From Candidatus Eiseniibacteriota bacterium (lineage in GTDB: Bacteria; Eisenbacteria; RBG-16-71-46), in NCBI GenBank assembly GCA_963744995.1, contig CAVUWA010000010.1, forward strand, positions 736,001 to 800,000: a stretch of 64,000 nucleotides of DNA. The letters are read 5' to 3'. The notes under the pieces are model-generated. The model ran no database searches. It worked only from the letters and a program-made list of their open reading frames with translations, and was not told the DNA's origin. Below are positions 9,996 to 19,533 of the stretch, in pieces; positions within the stretch are counted from its first letter, which is position 1; each line of letters starts with the position of its first letter. Both the position numbers and the translations under genes were made by a program.

Positions 9996-11642
9996 CTACG
10001 CCACCCCCAGCCGTTCCCACAGCTCGTCCTTGAGCAGGGTCGGCGGAATCGTGCCGCACGCGAGCAACTCGGTGTGGAAGCCCTGCAGGTCGAAGCGGCC
10101 GCCGAGGCGACGCGCGGCTTCGGCGCGGATCTCCATCAACATCGACTGCCCGACCAGGTAGCTCATCGGCTCGGTCGGCGTGAGCACGTAGCGGCGCACT
10201 TCGGCTTCGGCGACCGGGCGATCGAGCATCGCTTCGGTCTCGAGGTAGCTCGCCGCCTGCTCGAGGTTCATGTGCCCGCACTGAAGGTTCACATCCAGCA
10301 CGACGCGGCAGGCGCGCCACAGCAGGTCGTTCAGACGGAACAGCTTCGACACGGGGTCGAGGAAGAACCCGTGCTCGTCCATCAGCGCCTCGCAATAGAG
10401 CGCCCAGCCCTCGGCGAGCAGCGGACTCTCGGCGAGCCGTCGCAGCCGCGAGCCGTGCTGGTGCGCGTGGCAGATCTGCAGATGGTGGCCCGGATACGAC
10501 TCGTGCACGACCATCAGCGGCAGGTTGCCGTAGTTGTGGCCGAGCAGCCGCAGCTTCTGTTCGTCGCGCGGGCGGTTGGTATCGATCGGCGTCACGTACA
10601 GGTAGCCGGTCTGCTCGGCATCGAACGCCGCAGGCGGCAGGTACGTCGCGTACGGCACCACCGCGCGCTCGAAGCGTGGCGTGTCCACCACCTCGAGCGG
10701 CGCGCCGACCATCGGCACCAGCTTCTTCTCTTCGACGAAGCGTCGCGCGCGCTCGACCTCCGCCTCGTAGGCCTCACGCAGGCGCAGCGCCTCGGGGTGG
10801 CGTTCCTTGGCCTCGGCCAGCTGCACCTGCCAGGGCTCGTCCGGGTCGAGACGCTTCGCCACGCTTTCGAGCGCGGCGCGCGCGGCGCCGACCTGCTCCC
10901 GGCCGAACGCCTCCAGCGCCTTGCAGTCCATCTGCAGCATGTGCTGGCGCTCGAGCTTGTAGTTCATCCAGCGCTCGCCGATGCCGATCTCCTCGGTCGC
11001 ATGCGGGCGCACGTCGTCGTCGAGCGTCTGCTGGTACTTGAGGAAACCCAGCCGCGCCCGCGAGCCGGCGTGCTCGATCCGTTCGCGCTCGCCGGGGAAG
11101 CGCCGCGAAAGGGTGCGCACGATGTCTTCGATGTAGGCGTGGCCGCTGGCATTGATCTCGTCGACGACGTCGAGATGCACGGCGGGCACGTGCTCGAGAT
11201 TCTTGACCGCGGCCTCCAGATAGTCCGGGATCGCCATCAGCCGGGTGAGCACGTGCTCCTTGCGCTCCTCGATCGGCGCGAACGGGCGCGCGAGCAGCAG
11301 GTAGACCGAGTGCAGTGCCGTCTCGGCGAAGCGTACGGGATCGCGCGCGGGCCAGCGGATCTCCTCGAGCTCGGCACGCAGCGTCGCGATCCGCGAGCGC
11401 AGCAGCGCGTAGTCCACGCGGTGTTCCGCGGGCAGCTCCTGCCACGGCACGGACGCCATGAGGCGCTGCTCGATGTCGCGCAGCCATTCGGCGCGCTCGC
11501 GGAAGCCCTCGGGGGAGTCGTCGGGGAGCCGGTCGTCGTAGTCGTGCAGCCCCACCCGTGTCGCTTCGACGGGATGATGGCGCATGAAGACTTCGACGAA
11601 TTCCTCACTCAGGGCAGTGAAGGCTTTCTGGGTGTCGAGCAT
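9996..11642 (-). CDS. DUF885 family protein (putative metallopeptidase-like)
   Basis: HPVEATRVGLHDYD, HESYPGHHLQ, EGWALYCE, EVRRY...P..MSYLVG motifs. Confidence 0.9.
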   Translation of the reverse strand: MLDTQKAFTALSEEFVEVFMRHHPVEATRVGLHDYDDRLPDDSPEGFRERAEWLRDIEQRLMASVPWQELPAEHRVDYALLRSRIATLRAELEEIRWPARDPVRFAETALHSVYLLLARPFAPIEERKEHVLTRLMAIPDYLEAAVKNLEHVPAVHLDVVDEINASGHAYIEDIVRTLSRRFPGERERIEHAGSRARLGFLKYQQTLDDDVRPHATEEIGIGERWMNYKLERQHMLQMDCKALEAFGREQVGAARAALESVAKRLDPDEPWQVQLAEAKERHPEALRLREAYEAEVERARRFVEEKKLVPMVGAPLEVVDTPRFERAVVPYATYLPPAAFDAEQTGYLYVTPIDTNRPRDEQKLRLLGHNYGNLPLMVVHESYPGHHLQICHAHQHGSRLRRLAESPLLAEGWALYCEALMDEHGFFLDPVSKLFRLNDLLWRACRVVLDVNLQCGHMNLEQAASYLETEAMLDRPVAEAEVRRYVLTPTEPMSYLVGQSMLMEIRAEAARRLGGRFDLQGFHTELLACGTIPPTLLKDELWERLGVA

Positions 11643-11902
11643 GGGCGTTCGGACTCTTCGTTGTCGTGATGCAGGGCCGCGGCGGGGAACGACAGGGCCC
11701 CCACGCGCGGCGCGGAGGCCCGTTCCCCGTTCGAGCGGGACCGACCACCCGGACTCTACCCGATTTTCTCCGGAGCTGCGGCCCGGCGCCGCGCCATCAC
11801 AGGCTTCCCGCCGCCCTCCGGCGGAGCCGATCGCCTGCGAACGGGGCCCCTGCGCCATGCGCGGGGGCCCGTTCCGCTCGAGCGATGCCGAGGCTTCGGC
11901 GA

Positions 11903-12550
11903 CTACCCGACTTTCTCCACCCCTGAAGCCTGACGACCGCGTGGTCCGTCGACGATCTGGAAGGTGACGACGTCCCCTTCGGCCAGGGTCTTGAAGCCTT
12001 CCCCCTGCAGCGCGGAGAAGTGGACGAAAATGTCCTCGCCGCCCTCACCGTGGATGAAGCCGAAGCCCTTCGCCTCGTTGAACCACTTGACCGCGCTCTG
12101 AATGCGGCCCCCGCCGAGCTTCTTGATCTCGACCGGCGCACCGCCGCTGCCGCCGCTGCCGCCGCTGCGGGCGCCGCCGGGACGCGGACCGCCCGCGCCA
12201 CGACCGCCGCCGGGACGACCACCGCCGCCCTTCTGTGCCTGGAAGCACTCGCGGCAGTACACCGGCCGGGCGCCGGTCGGCTGGAACGGCACCTGCGTCG
12301 CCTTGCCGCAGTTGGAGCAGACGGCGTCGTACAGCTGCGCGCCGCCCGAGCGCTGCGGGCGACCCCCGCCGTACGAGCCGCCGCCACCGCCACCGCCGGC
12401 GCGCGCCTTGCGCGCGTCGCGGCAATTCTTGCAGCGGGTCGGCGGATGCGTCAGTCCGCGTTCTTCATAGAACGCCTGCTCCCCCGCAGTGAACACGAAC
12501 TCCGTGCCGCAGTCGGAGCACGTCAGATGCTGATCCTGATGAGTAGCCAT
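11903..12550 (-). CDS. Zinc-ribbon + CxxC-x17-CxxC + cold-shock domain fusion protein
   Basis: CSDC...FTAGEQAFY...RCKNC; CSNC-x17-CREC; Gly-rich linkers; CSD with [12 protein letters not shown] (RNP1) and IFVHFS (RNP2). Confidence 0.92.
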   Translation of the reverse strand: MATHQDQHLTCSDCGTEFVFTAGEQAFYEERGLTHPPTRCKNCRDARKARAGGGGGGGSYGGGRPQRSGGAQLYDAVCSNCGKATQVPFQPTGARPVYCRECFQAQKGGGGRPGGGRGAGGPRPGGARSGGSGGSGGAPVEIKKLGGGRIQSAVKWFNEAKGFGFIHGEGGEDIFVHFSALQGEGFKTLAEGDVVTFQIVDGPRGRQASGVEKVG

Positions 12551-12601
12551 GACGGAATGCGAAGCCTCCTGCTCGAGGGGTTTGTACGACGGGGTGCCTA
12601 C

Positions 12602-12636
12602 AAAAAAACGCCCGTCAGCGCATACGCTGGCAGGCG
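12602..12636 (-). terminator. Intrinsic terminator inside the leader of the cold-shock fusion gene
   Basis: Minus-strand RNA CGCCUGCCAGCG-UAUG-CGCUGACGGGCG-UUUUUUU: 12-bp stem with one mismatch, then U7. Confidence 0.8.
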
Positions 12637-12753
12637 ACGTGGAGGCTGCGTCGGAGGAGAATCGTCCGCAACGAGACGGAAAGATCGAAGCGCGGCAGAT
12701 TTCACGAAAAAGCGTCCTGCGGACGAACGACGAAACCCGGATATCGAACGCCG

Positions 12754-12783
12754 ATTATAGAAGCGGCCCGGAACGAGTGTCAA
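12754..12783 (-). promoter_or_regulatory. Consensus sigma70 promoter TTGACA-N18-TATAAT
   Basis: Plus strand tgtcaa 12778-12783 and attata 12754-12759; both hexamers are perfect consensus in a very GC-rich background. Confidence 0.85.
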
Positions 12784-13645
12784 AAGCCGTTTCCGGCCGC
12801 TGTTCACGCGCCTTCACACCTCGTCCCCGCCGGCACAGCGACCTCAGAATCTCCCCCATCGTGATGACGTCGAGCAGGTTGTGGTGGAACACCGGGACCA
12901 GCCGGTAGGCGTCGCCGCGCCGCACGAAGTCATGGTAGAGGCCCGGGACCTCGTCGCTCGGCACGTCGCCCGAGCGGCGGCGGCGGCAGACGTGGAATTC
13001 GAGCGTCTGCAGACGGCAGTCGCGGAAGCGCCCGCCCCAGCGACGCCGCGCCGGATGCAGCAGGTCCACGTGCAGGGGCGGCAGCGCGAGCGGCACGCCG
13101 TGGGTGAATGCGCGACTCCTGAGGAACGGTGCGTCGTAGGACTTGCCGTTGAACGTGACCAGGAACTCGAAGCCCTTCGCCGCCTCGTCGAGCGCGGCGA
13201 TCAGGGTCGCCTCTTCACCGTAGTGACGCGCGAAGTACTGCCGCAGCACGAAGTCCTCGCCGTTCCAGTGCATCGTGCCGGCGAGGAACACCGGGCTCGA
13301 AGCGAGGCCGCCGGTTTCGAGATCGAGGAACAGCGCATGATCGAGCCCCGCCGCGGCGAGCGCATGGAGATCGGGCTCGTCTTCCGCCGGCGGCAGATCG
13401 AGCCGGCCCCAGCCGGGCTTCGGGCGCTCGAGTTCCGAACGCAGGCGCTCGTGGATCCACACGCATCCGCGCTGATCCTGCCACTCGCCGCCCGGCAGGT
13501 ACGTCTCGACGCCGTCCGCTTCGGGCACCGCCTGGAGTTCGTGCACCGTGCGCTCGCGCGGCGCGACGGGCGGCGGCGGCGCGTCGCCGAGCCGCCGCGC
13601 CCGGGCCAGCTGGCCGAGCCGCGCACGCAGCGCCTCGGGGTCCAT
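12755..13645 (-). CDS. RNase H-like/DEDD exonuclease, YprB/MrfB-like (no TPR tail)
   Basis: FLDLETGGL, LVTFNGKSYDAPFL, HVDLLH, LQTLE, HHNLLDV motifs. Confidence 0.88.
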   Translation of the reverse strand: MDPEALRARLGQLARARRLGDAPPPPVAPRERTVHELQAVPEADGVETYLPGGEWQDQRGCVWIHERLRSELERPKPGWGRLDLPPAEDEPDLHALAAAGLDHALFLDLETGGLASSPVFLAGTMHWNGEDFVLRQYFARHYGEEATLIAALDEAAKGFEFLVTFNGKSYDAPFLRSRAFTHGVPLALPPLHVDLLHPARRRWGGRFRDCRLQTLEFHVCRRRRSGDVPSDEVPGLYHDFVRRGDAYRLVPVFHHNLLDVITMGEILRSLCRRGRGVKAREQRPETAFDTRSGPLL

Positions 13646-14400
13646 CAGGCGCGGTCCGCCAACAGCACCAGCCGCCGGCTGTCGGTCGTGTACTCGCGGC
13701 GGTCGATGCCGCCCCACACGGCGCGCACCTCGAGACCGTGCCGGTGCATGAGCCAGGTGAGCTCGGCGCAGGTGTAGGCGCGCAGGTCGTAGGACTTCTC
13801 GAGCCGCGTGCCGCCGTCGGGCGCGAGGTGGATCTGTCGCGCGATCACCCGCGAACGCGGCAGGTCGAAGCTCGTTTCCTCCATGAGCAGCGAGCCGTTG
13901 TCGCGCTGGTTCCAGACCCGATGCGTGTGGTGCTTGACGATCCAGTCGCGGTTCATGACGTCGATCAGGAATTTCCCGCCGTGACGCAGCGCACGCGAGA
14001 CGCCTTCGATCACCTGTTCGTTCTCGTCGTCCGAGAAGTAACCGAACGAGGTGAAGTACGAATACACCGCGTCATACTCCGCCTCGAACGGCAGCGTCCG
14101 CATGTCGCCCTGCTGCCAGGCGACCTTCGCGCCCGCCGCGTCGGCGTCGGCCGCGGCGATCTCGAGGTAGCGGCCGTTGAAATCGAGCCCGGTGACGTCG
14201 TAGCCGCGCTTCGCCATGCCGATCGCGTGGCGGCCGAACCCGCAGGCGAGATCGAGCAATTTGGACCCGGCCTCGAGGCCCAGTGCCGACTCGATGAACT
14301 CGGTCTCCCGGGTCGTGACCTCTTCGGAGAACATCGGCTTGTAGATGGTCAGGTAGTCCTCGTCGAAGAACGCCACCGGCCATTCCGGGGTCGGATCCAA
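13645..14400 (-). CDS. Class I SAM-dependent methyltransferase
   Basis: LLDLACGFGRHA, GDMR, FTSFGYF; TTG at 14400 with AGGAGG SD (alternative start 14427); stop overlaps the next ATG. Confidence 0.9.
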   Translation of the reverse strand: MDPTPEWPVAFFDEDYLTIYKPMFSEEVTTRETEFIESALGLEAGSKLLDLACGFGRHAIGMAKRGYDVTGLDFNGRYLEIAAADADAAGAKVAWQQGDMRTLPFEAEYDAVYSYFTSFGYFSDDENEQVIEGVSRALRHGGKFLIDVMNRDWIVKHHTHRVWNQRDNGSLLMEETSFDLPRSRVIARQIHLAPDGGTRLEKSYDLRAYTCAELTWLMHRHGLEVRAVWGGIDRREYTTDSRRLVLLADRA

Positions 14401-14469
14401 ATCAAACCTCCTTGACACGGGGTTCACCCACGGCGCCGCGGCGCCCGTGAGTGTACGCCTGCGGCGCTC

Positions 14470-16839
14470 TCACGCACCCATCCCCAGCCAGTGCCGGAGC
14501 AGCGCGCGCGCCGCGGCCTTGCCGGGGATCGCGCGCGCGTGGCCGAGATCCGGGTCCTGCTGCTGCGCCACGCGCAGGATCGGCATGCCCACGCACGACG
14601 GGCAGCCGTCCGTGCACTCGCATGCCTCGAGATGTTCGTACGCGCCCTCGGCCAGCTCGTCGAGCCGCGCGTAGCCCTGCTCCGAAAAGCCGAGCCCGCC
14701 GGGGTAGCGATCGAACACGAACAGGGCCGGCCGCCCGAGGTTGGACGAGTCGATCATGCCGCCCAGGTCGGAAGGATCGCACATGCTGAGCATCGACAGC
14801 AGCGTCAGGAACAGGTTGCGCACGCCCGACAGGCCCTCGATCGGACTGAGCCCCTGGCGCGCCGCCGCGCTCCAGGCGTCCGGCGCGGGCGCGAACCAGA
14901 ACCCGGTCGTGTCGAGGGTCAGCCGCGGCAGGTCGAGCGGATGGTAGCCGATCGAGTCGAGCGTCTTGAACTTCACCTTCTTCATCGCGATCGTCTGCCA
15001 CGAGTAGGTGACTTCGCCGAGCCGCACCGCCTCGCCGCGCCAGGCGCGCGCCTCCGTCTCGCCGCGCACACGGATGCTCGTGTCGAGCACCGGCGAGGTG
15101 TAGTAGTCCACCTCCCGGCGCTCGACGAACGCGGTCTTCTGTTCGAGGCTCAGCTCGTTCACGAAGTACGTCGCGCCGTCGTGCAGGTAGATCGCCTCCG
15201 GGTAGACCAGCTCGAGCGCGCTGATCGCGTCGACGGTGCCGATCACCGCGTTGTCGTTTCCCGCGTCCATGATCGTGTAGGTGTTGTCCGAGATCGTGCG
15301 CAGGTTGACGCGGGCCGCGGGGAAGTCGGTCTTCGCCCAGTACGAACGGCCGTCGATCGTCTTCGTCTCGCCCGCGTCGTCGAGCAGCCCGAGAATCGCC
15401 GGCGTCTGCGCGCCGAACACGCGCGCGGCGTCCGCATCGAGCGGCAGCTCGTACGCCGCGCACGAGAGCTGCTGCGCGAGGATGTACGGGTTCGCGGGAT
15501 CCACCACCGCGGCCTCGGGCGAGGAGCCGAAGAACCAGCCGGGATGGCGCATCAGGTACTGGTCCACCGTCTCGTTGTAGGCGACGAGGATCGCCACCGC
15601 GGGCTCGCCCTTGCGCCCCGCGCGCCCGGCCTGCTGCCACGCGCTCGCCCGCGTCGGCGGGGCGCCGATCATCACCACCGCGTCGAGCCCGCCGATGTCC
15701 ACGCCCAGCTCGAGCGCGTTGGTGCTCACCACGCCGCGCAGCTCGCCGGTGAACAGCGACTTCTCGATCGCGCGCCGCTCCTCGGGCAGGTAGCCGCCGC
15801 GGTAGGGGCGGATCCGCGACTCCAGCCCGGGCGCGCGGCGCTCGAGCCGCTCGTGCGCGTAGCGGTACACCAGCTCCGCGGCGACACGCGACTTGGTGAA
15901 GGCGATCGCCTGCGCGCCGCGCTCGAGCAGCCGCGTGAACAGCTCGCAGCCCTCGACGTTGGACGAGCGCCGCTCGATGCGCGAGTCGTCCAGGAACGGC
16001 GGGTTCCAGAACAGGAAGTGCTTCTCGCCGCGCGGCGCGCCGTCTTCGTCGACGACGTCCACCTGGCGGCCGGTCAGGGCGTGGGCGAGCTCGCCCGGGT
16101 TCCTGATCGTCGCGCTGCACAGGACGTAGTTGAAGTTCCCGCCGACGTGCGTCACCACCCGCTCGAGCCGTCTCAGCACGTTGGCGACGTGCGAGCCGAA
16201 GATGCCGCGGTAGGCGTGCATCTCGTCGACCACGACGTAGCGCAGGTTCCGCAGGAAACGCCCCCAGCGTGCGTGCGCGGGCAGGATGCCCTGATGCAGC
16301 ATGTCCGGGTTCGACAGCATCACGTTCGCGGTGTCGCGGATCCTGCGCCGCGTCGCCGCCTGCGTGTCGCCGTCGTAGACGCCGGCGCGCAGCACCTTGA
16401 GCAGGTCCGGGTGCCCGGTCGCGAGCCGCGTGAGACCCTTGAGTTGATCCTGCGCGAGCGCCTTGGTCGGATAGAGGTAGAGCGCGGTTGCCTCGCCCTC
16501 GAGCAGCGATTCCAGCACCGGCAGATGGAAACAGAGACTCTTGCCGCTCGCGGTGCCGGTGACCACCACCGTGTCGCGCCCGGCGCGCAGCGATTCGATC
16601 GCGCGCACCTGATGCGTGTAGAGGCGCTCGATGCCCTGATGATCGAGCGCTTCGGTGATGCTCGCGGGCAGCGGCCGGTCGAGATCGGCGTGCCGCGCGG
16701 GGCGTGCGGGAATTCTCTGCCAGTGACTGAGCGCGCCCTTGAATTCAGGTTCGCGCGCGAGCGACTCGAGCCACGCCGCGAGCGCTTCGCCGCCGGATCC
16801 GGCGGGGCGTTCGAGGAATCGGGCGGTCGGTGCCTGCAT
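14470..16839 (-). CDS. DEAH helicase with DUF1998 domain, YprA/MrfA/Hrq1-like
   Basis: TGTASGKS, PTKALAQDQ, DEMH, SAT, TNALELGVD, QQAGRAGR; C-terminal C...CECTDGCPSC. Confidence 0.93.
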   Translation of the reverse strand: MQAPTARFLERPAGSGGEALAAWLESLAREPEFKGALSHWQRIPARPARHADLDRPLPASITEALDHQGIERLYTHQVRAIESLRAGRDTVVVTGTASGKSLCFHLPVLESLLEGEATALYLYPTKALAQDQLKGLTRLATGHPDLLKVLRAGVYDGDTQAATRRRIRDTANVMLSNPDMLHQGILPAHARWGRFLRNLRYVVVDEMHAYRGIFGSHVANVLRRLERVVTHVGGNFNYVLCSATIRNPGELAHALTGRQVDVVDEDGAPRGEKHFLFWNPPFLDDSRIERRSSNVEGCELFTRLLERGAQAIAFTKSRVAAELVYRYAHERLERRAPGLESRIRPYRGGYLPEERRAIEKSLFTGELRGVVSTNALELGVDIGGLDAVVMIGAPPTRASAWQQAGRAGRKGEPAVAILVAYNETVDQYLMRHPGWFFGSSPEAAVVDPANPYILAQQLSCAAYELPLDADAARVFGAQTPAILGLLDDAGETKTIDGRSYWAKTDFPAARVNLRTISDNTYTIMDAGNDNAVIGTVDAISALELVYPEAIYLHDGATYFVNELSLEQKTAFVERREVDYYTSPVLDTSIRVRGETEARAWRGEAVRLGEVTYSWQTIAMKKVKFKTLDSIGYHPLDLPRLTLDTTGFWFAPAPDAWSAAARQGLSPIEGLSGVRNLFLTLLSMLSMCDPSDLGGMIDSSNLGRPALFVFDRYPGGLGFSEQGYARLDELAEGAYEHLEACECTDGCPSCVGMPILRVAQQQDPDLGHARAIPGKAAARALLRHWLGMGA

Positions 16840-17021
16840 GTGGACCTCGGGGCCGGGGCGCGGGCCGGCCATGCGGATGACGTGCGGGCGCTCGGGACGC
16901 CGTGCGGAAGGGCCGCAGGATAGCAGGGTTGCAGGCGCAGGTAAACGGATGGGCAGTGGATCCCGGGCCGCCCGCGTGCCCCCCCCGGTGGGGCGGGGCC
17001 GCCCCGCTCCCGCCGCTTCGC

Positions 17022-18101
17022 CTATTCCATCTCCAGCACCCGCGCCGTGGTGTCGAGGGAGGCGATGGAGAACCCGTCGCCGCGCGGCTCGAACCACACG
17101 CGGAAGGCCTCGGTCTGACCGTGGAAGAACGTCATCTCGCGGGCGGCGTCGCTGGTGCCGGGCGCCACGCGCCACGACTGGCGGTCGCGGCCCCAGCCGA
17201 AGTCGAGTGCGCGCTCGACCACGTTGCCGTCCGAGGCGAGGCCCATGGCGCCGACGTAGTCGGCCGAGCGCAGGGCCCGGATGAACTGGACGAACGTCGC
17301 GTAGGGCGTCTCGTGCACCGCCTCGCTGACTTTCGTGAACGTGTTGCCGTCCCACTTGAAATCCCGGACGACCTCGACGTGCGGGCACGAGGCGCATTCG
17401 ATGAACCCGCGGCTCACCCTGAAGGTGCGGGTTTCGAGCGCGATGCCGTCGGGCGTGCTCCGAAACTCGCCGCTGCCGGTGCCACCGAGCGAATCGGGGC
17501 CGAGCGTCTGTGCCAGTTTCCAGGTGTTGCCGAGCGCCTTCCACACCATCAGCGTCGGCATCACACCGGCGCCACCACTCTGCCCGTAGAGCACCGCCAG
17601 CCCGCGGTCGGTCATCGCGCCCTTCACGTCGCGCGCTGCGATCGACAGCAGCCGCAGTCCCTCACCCTCGATCTTCTGGCGCCGTGCCGAGTCGGCGTCG
17701 CACCAGTAGACGTAGGGCCACGACTGACCGGTCGGGTTGGCGCGACTGAACAGATTGACCACGATCGCACAGTCGCCGCCGCTCACTTCGGCGCCGACGT
17801 TCATCGAATCGAGCAGCGACGCGGCGCGCTTCGCCCACGTTCCGGGATCGCGGCGCTTGAGATCCACGCGCAGCGCGCGCGAAGTGAGGTCGGCGGCCTC
17901 GTCGAGCATCCCGTTTTCCCAGTCGCGGCCGGCGTTCTTGATCATGACGTCGTAGGGATCTTCGGGCGTGGTGTCCGCGGAGTCCGCACTCGCCGGCACC
18001 AGTCGCGGCTTGCGGTCGCAGCCGGGCAGCAGCGCGAGCACCGCGAAGAGCGCGAGCACGGCGAGCGGCGCAAGGCGGCTCGCCCGGCGCGGGCGGCTCA
18101 T
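17022..18101 (-). CDS. Hypothetical lipoprotein, paralogue of 18128-19291
   Basis: Lipobox-like ALLPGC after a hydrophobic stretch; FIECASCPH. Alternative GTG start at 18131 overlaps the upstream stop. Confidence 0.75.
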   Translation of the reverse strand: MSRPRRASRLAPLAVLALFAVLALLPGCDRKPRLVPASADSADTTPEDPYDVMIKNAGRDWENGMLDEAADLTSRALRVDLKRRDPGTWAKRAASLLDSMNVGAEVSGGDCAIVVNLFSRANPTGQSWPYVYWCDADSARRQKIEGEGLRLLSIAARDVKGAMTDRGLAVLYGQSGGAGVMPTLMVWKALGNTWKLAQTLGPDSLGGTGSGEFRSTPDGIALETRTFRVSRGFIECASCPHVEVVRDFKWDGNTFTKVSEAVHETPYATFVQFIRALRSADYVGAMGLASDGNVVERALDFGWGRDRQSWRVAPGTSDAAREMTFFHGQTEAFRVWFEPRGDGFSIASLDTTARVLEME

Positions 18102-18127
18102 CGCACTCGAACGCCCCTCTGCAGCGT

Positions 18128-19291
18128 TCACTGACCTGCTCCTCCCTGAGCCGACGGATCGCGGACCGGCGTCATGCCGGCGATGATCCAGCGGCCCTCC
18201 GCCTGCCCGAAGTGAATCACGTAGGTGGTGTTCTTACCATTGGCGCCATGATGAAGGAAGGCCATCCAGCGCTGCCAGTGCTCGCCGTTTTCGCCGTACA
18301 GATACTTCCAGACGCCCTTGCCGCGGCGGTTCCAGCCCCAGGCCAGCGCCTGATCCACCATCTTCGGATTCGCGACCAGCCGTGCGGCGCCGCCGCGATC
18401 GCCCTGCTGCAGCAGGCGCACGAACAGCACGAAGTTCGCAAACGCGGTCGGGACGAGCCGGCTCTCCTCCACTCCGAATCCTTCCTGGCGGTCCACCAGC
18501 GTGCGTTCGATGAAGATCTCCGGACAGCCGCTGCACTCGACGAACGACGAGTCGAGCGCGCCCCTCACCCAGCTCGCGATTTCTGGAATGCCGTCGCGAT
18601 TGATGTCCACCCATTCCGCATCGCCGGGCCCGCCGAGGTTCAGCGTGTCGGCAGCGAACTGCATCAGGTTCCAGTAGTTACCGGCCGGATCGAGACGCAG
18701 ATAGGTGAGGCCGATCGTCGGCGGGTCCGCCAGCGAGCGGTCGAGGATGCCCCAGCCGTAGGGTTGGCTTGTGTCGCCCGTCCACCAGACGCGCGACTTC
18801 GGCTCGCGCCCGCCGAAGAACAGCACGCCCTGCACCTTGAGGTCGTACTGCTTGTACCAGTACAGGTAGCCGACGCTCGCCGCCGTGCGCTTGAAAGGGT
18901 TGTGCACCATGAGCAGCGCGAAGTAGGGCAGCGACGGGTCGAACGACACCTCGGTGTCGAGGCCGAGCGAGTCGAGGATCGTCTCGACCGTGTAGGCCTC
19001 CGTCATGCGCGCGCGGCCCATGCGCTCCAGCAGGTGCTGCCCCATGCGGGCGACGAGCTCGTAGGCCCGGTAGTTGTCGCCGCCGACGCTGTCGCCGGTG
19101 TTGCTCTGGAAGCGCACGCGCGCCTCGGTCGCCCACGTGAGCAGCGTGTCGGAGTGGGGCGGCATCCACGGCTTCACCGGCACCGCGCCGGCGCGGGAGG
19201 TGCATGCCAGGAAGACGATCAGGGTGAACGCAGGGAGCCGCCGGAGGAGGACGGCCCACGATGAGACCCGGAAGGAGCCCGATGGAAGCAT
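18128..19291 (-). CDS. Hypothetical exported protein
   Basis: Signal-like N-terminus; DINRDGIPE motif; FVECSGCPE; protein-like composition. Confidence 0.78.
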   Translation of the reverse strand: MLPSGSFRVSSWAVLLRRLPAFTLIVFLACTSRAGAVPVKPWMPPHSDTLLTWATEARVRFQSNTGDSVGGDNYRAYELVARMGQHLLERMGRARMTEAYTVETILDSLGLDTEVSFDPSLPYFALLMVHNPFKRTAASVGYLYWYKQYDLKVQGVLFFGGREPKSRVWWTGDTSQPYGWGILDRSLADPPTIGLTYLRLDPAGNYWNLMQFAADTLNLGGPGDAEWVDINRDGIPEIASWVRGALDSSFVECSGCPEIFIERTLVDRQEGFGVEESRLVPTAFANFVLFVRLLQQGDRGGAARLVANPKMVDQALAWGWNRRGKGVWKYLYGENGEHWQRWMAFLHHGANGKNTTYVIHFGQAEGRWIIAGMTPVRDPSAQGGAGQ

Positions 19292-19533
19292 GGCCGGTCA
19301 AGGTGACCGGATCACCCTCCCGGCGTCAAGGCTTCGCCGCTGCGGAGCCCGCCGGATGCCCCCGCCGGGCTTCGAATTGACCCGCCGATGACCGTCCCCC
19401 GGGTGGCGGCGTGCCGTCGCCCGCGGGGCCGGAGGGAACCGTCCCGGCCGGGGCCCGCGGCGGCGCATCGCGGCCGGTGCACACCCGGCCGTCCCATTCG
19501 CCGAAGTCGTCCGCCGTGGCTACATTAGGCCCC

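Noticed and set aside
12141..12167. (CCGCCGCTG)x3 tandem repeat
   Set aside because: In-frame Gly/Ser linker codons; no phase-variation potential.
19350..19390. TGCCCCCGCCGGGCTTCGAA resembling the reverse complement of a tRNA 3' end
   Set aside because: No cloverleaf, anticodon arm or matching acceptor stem can be built.
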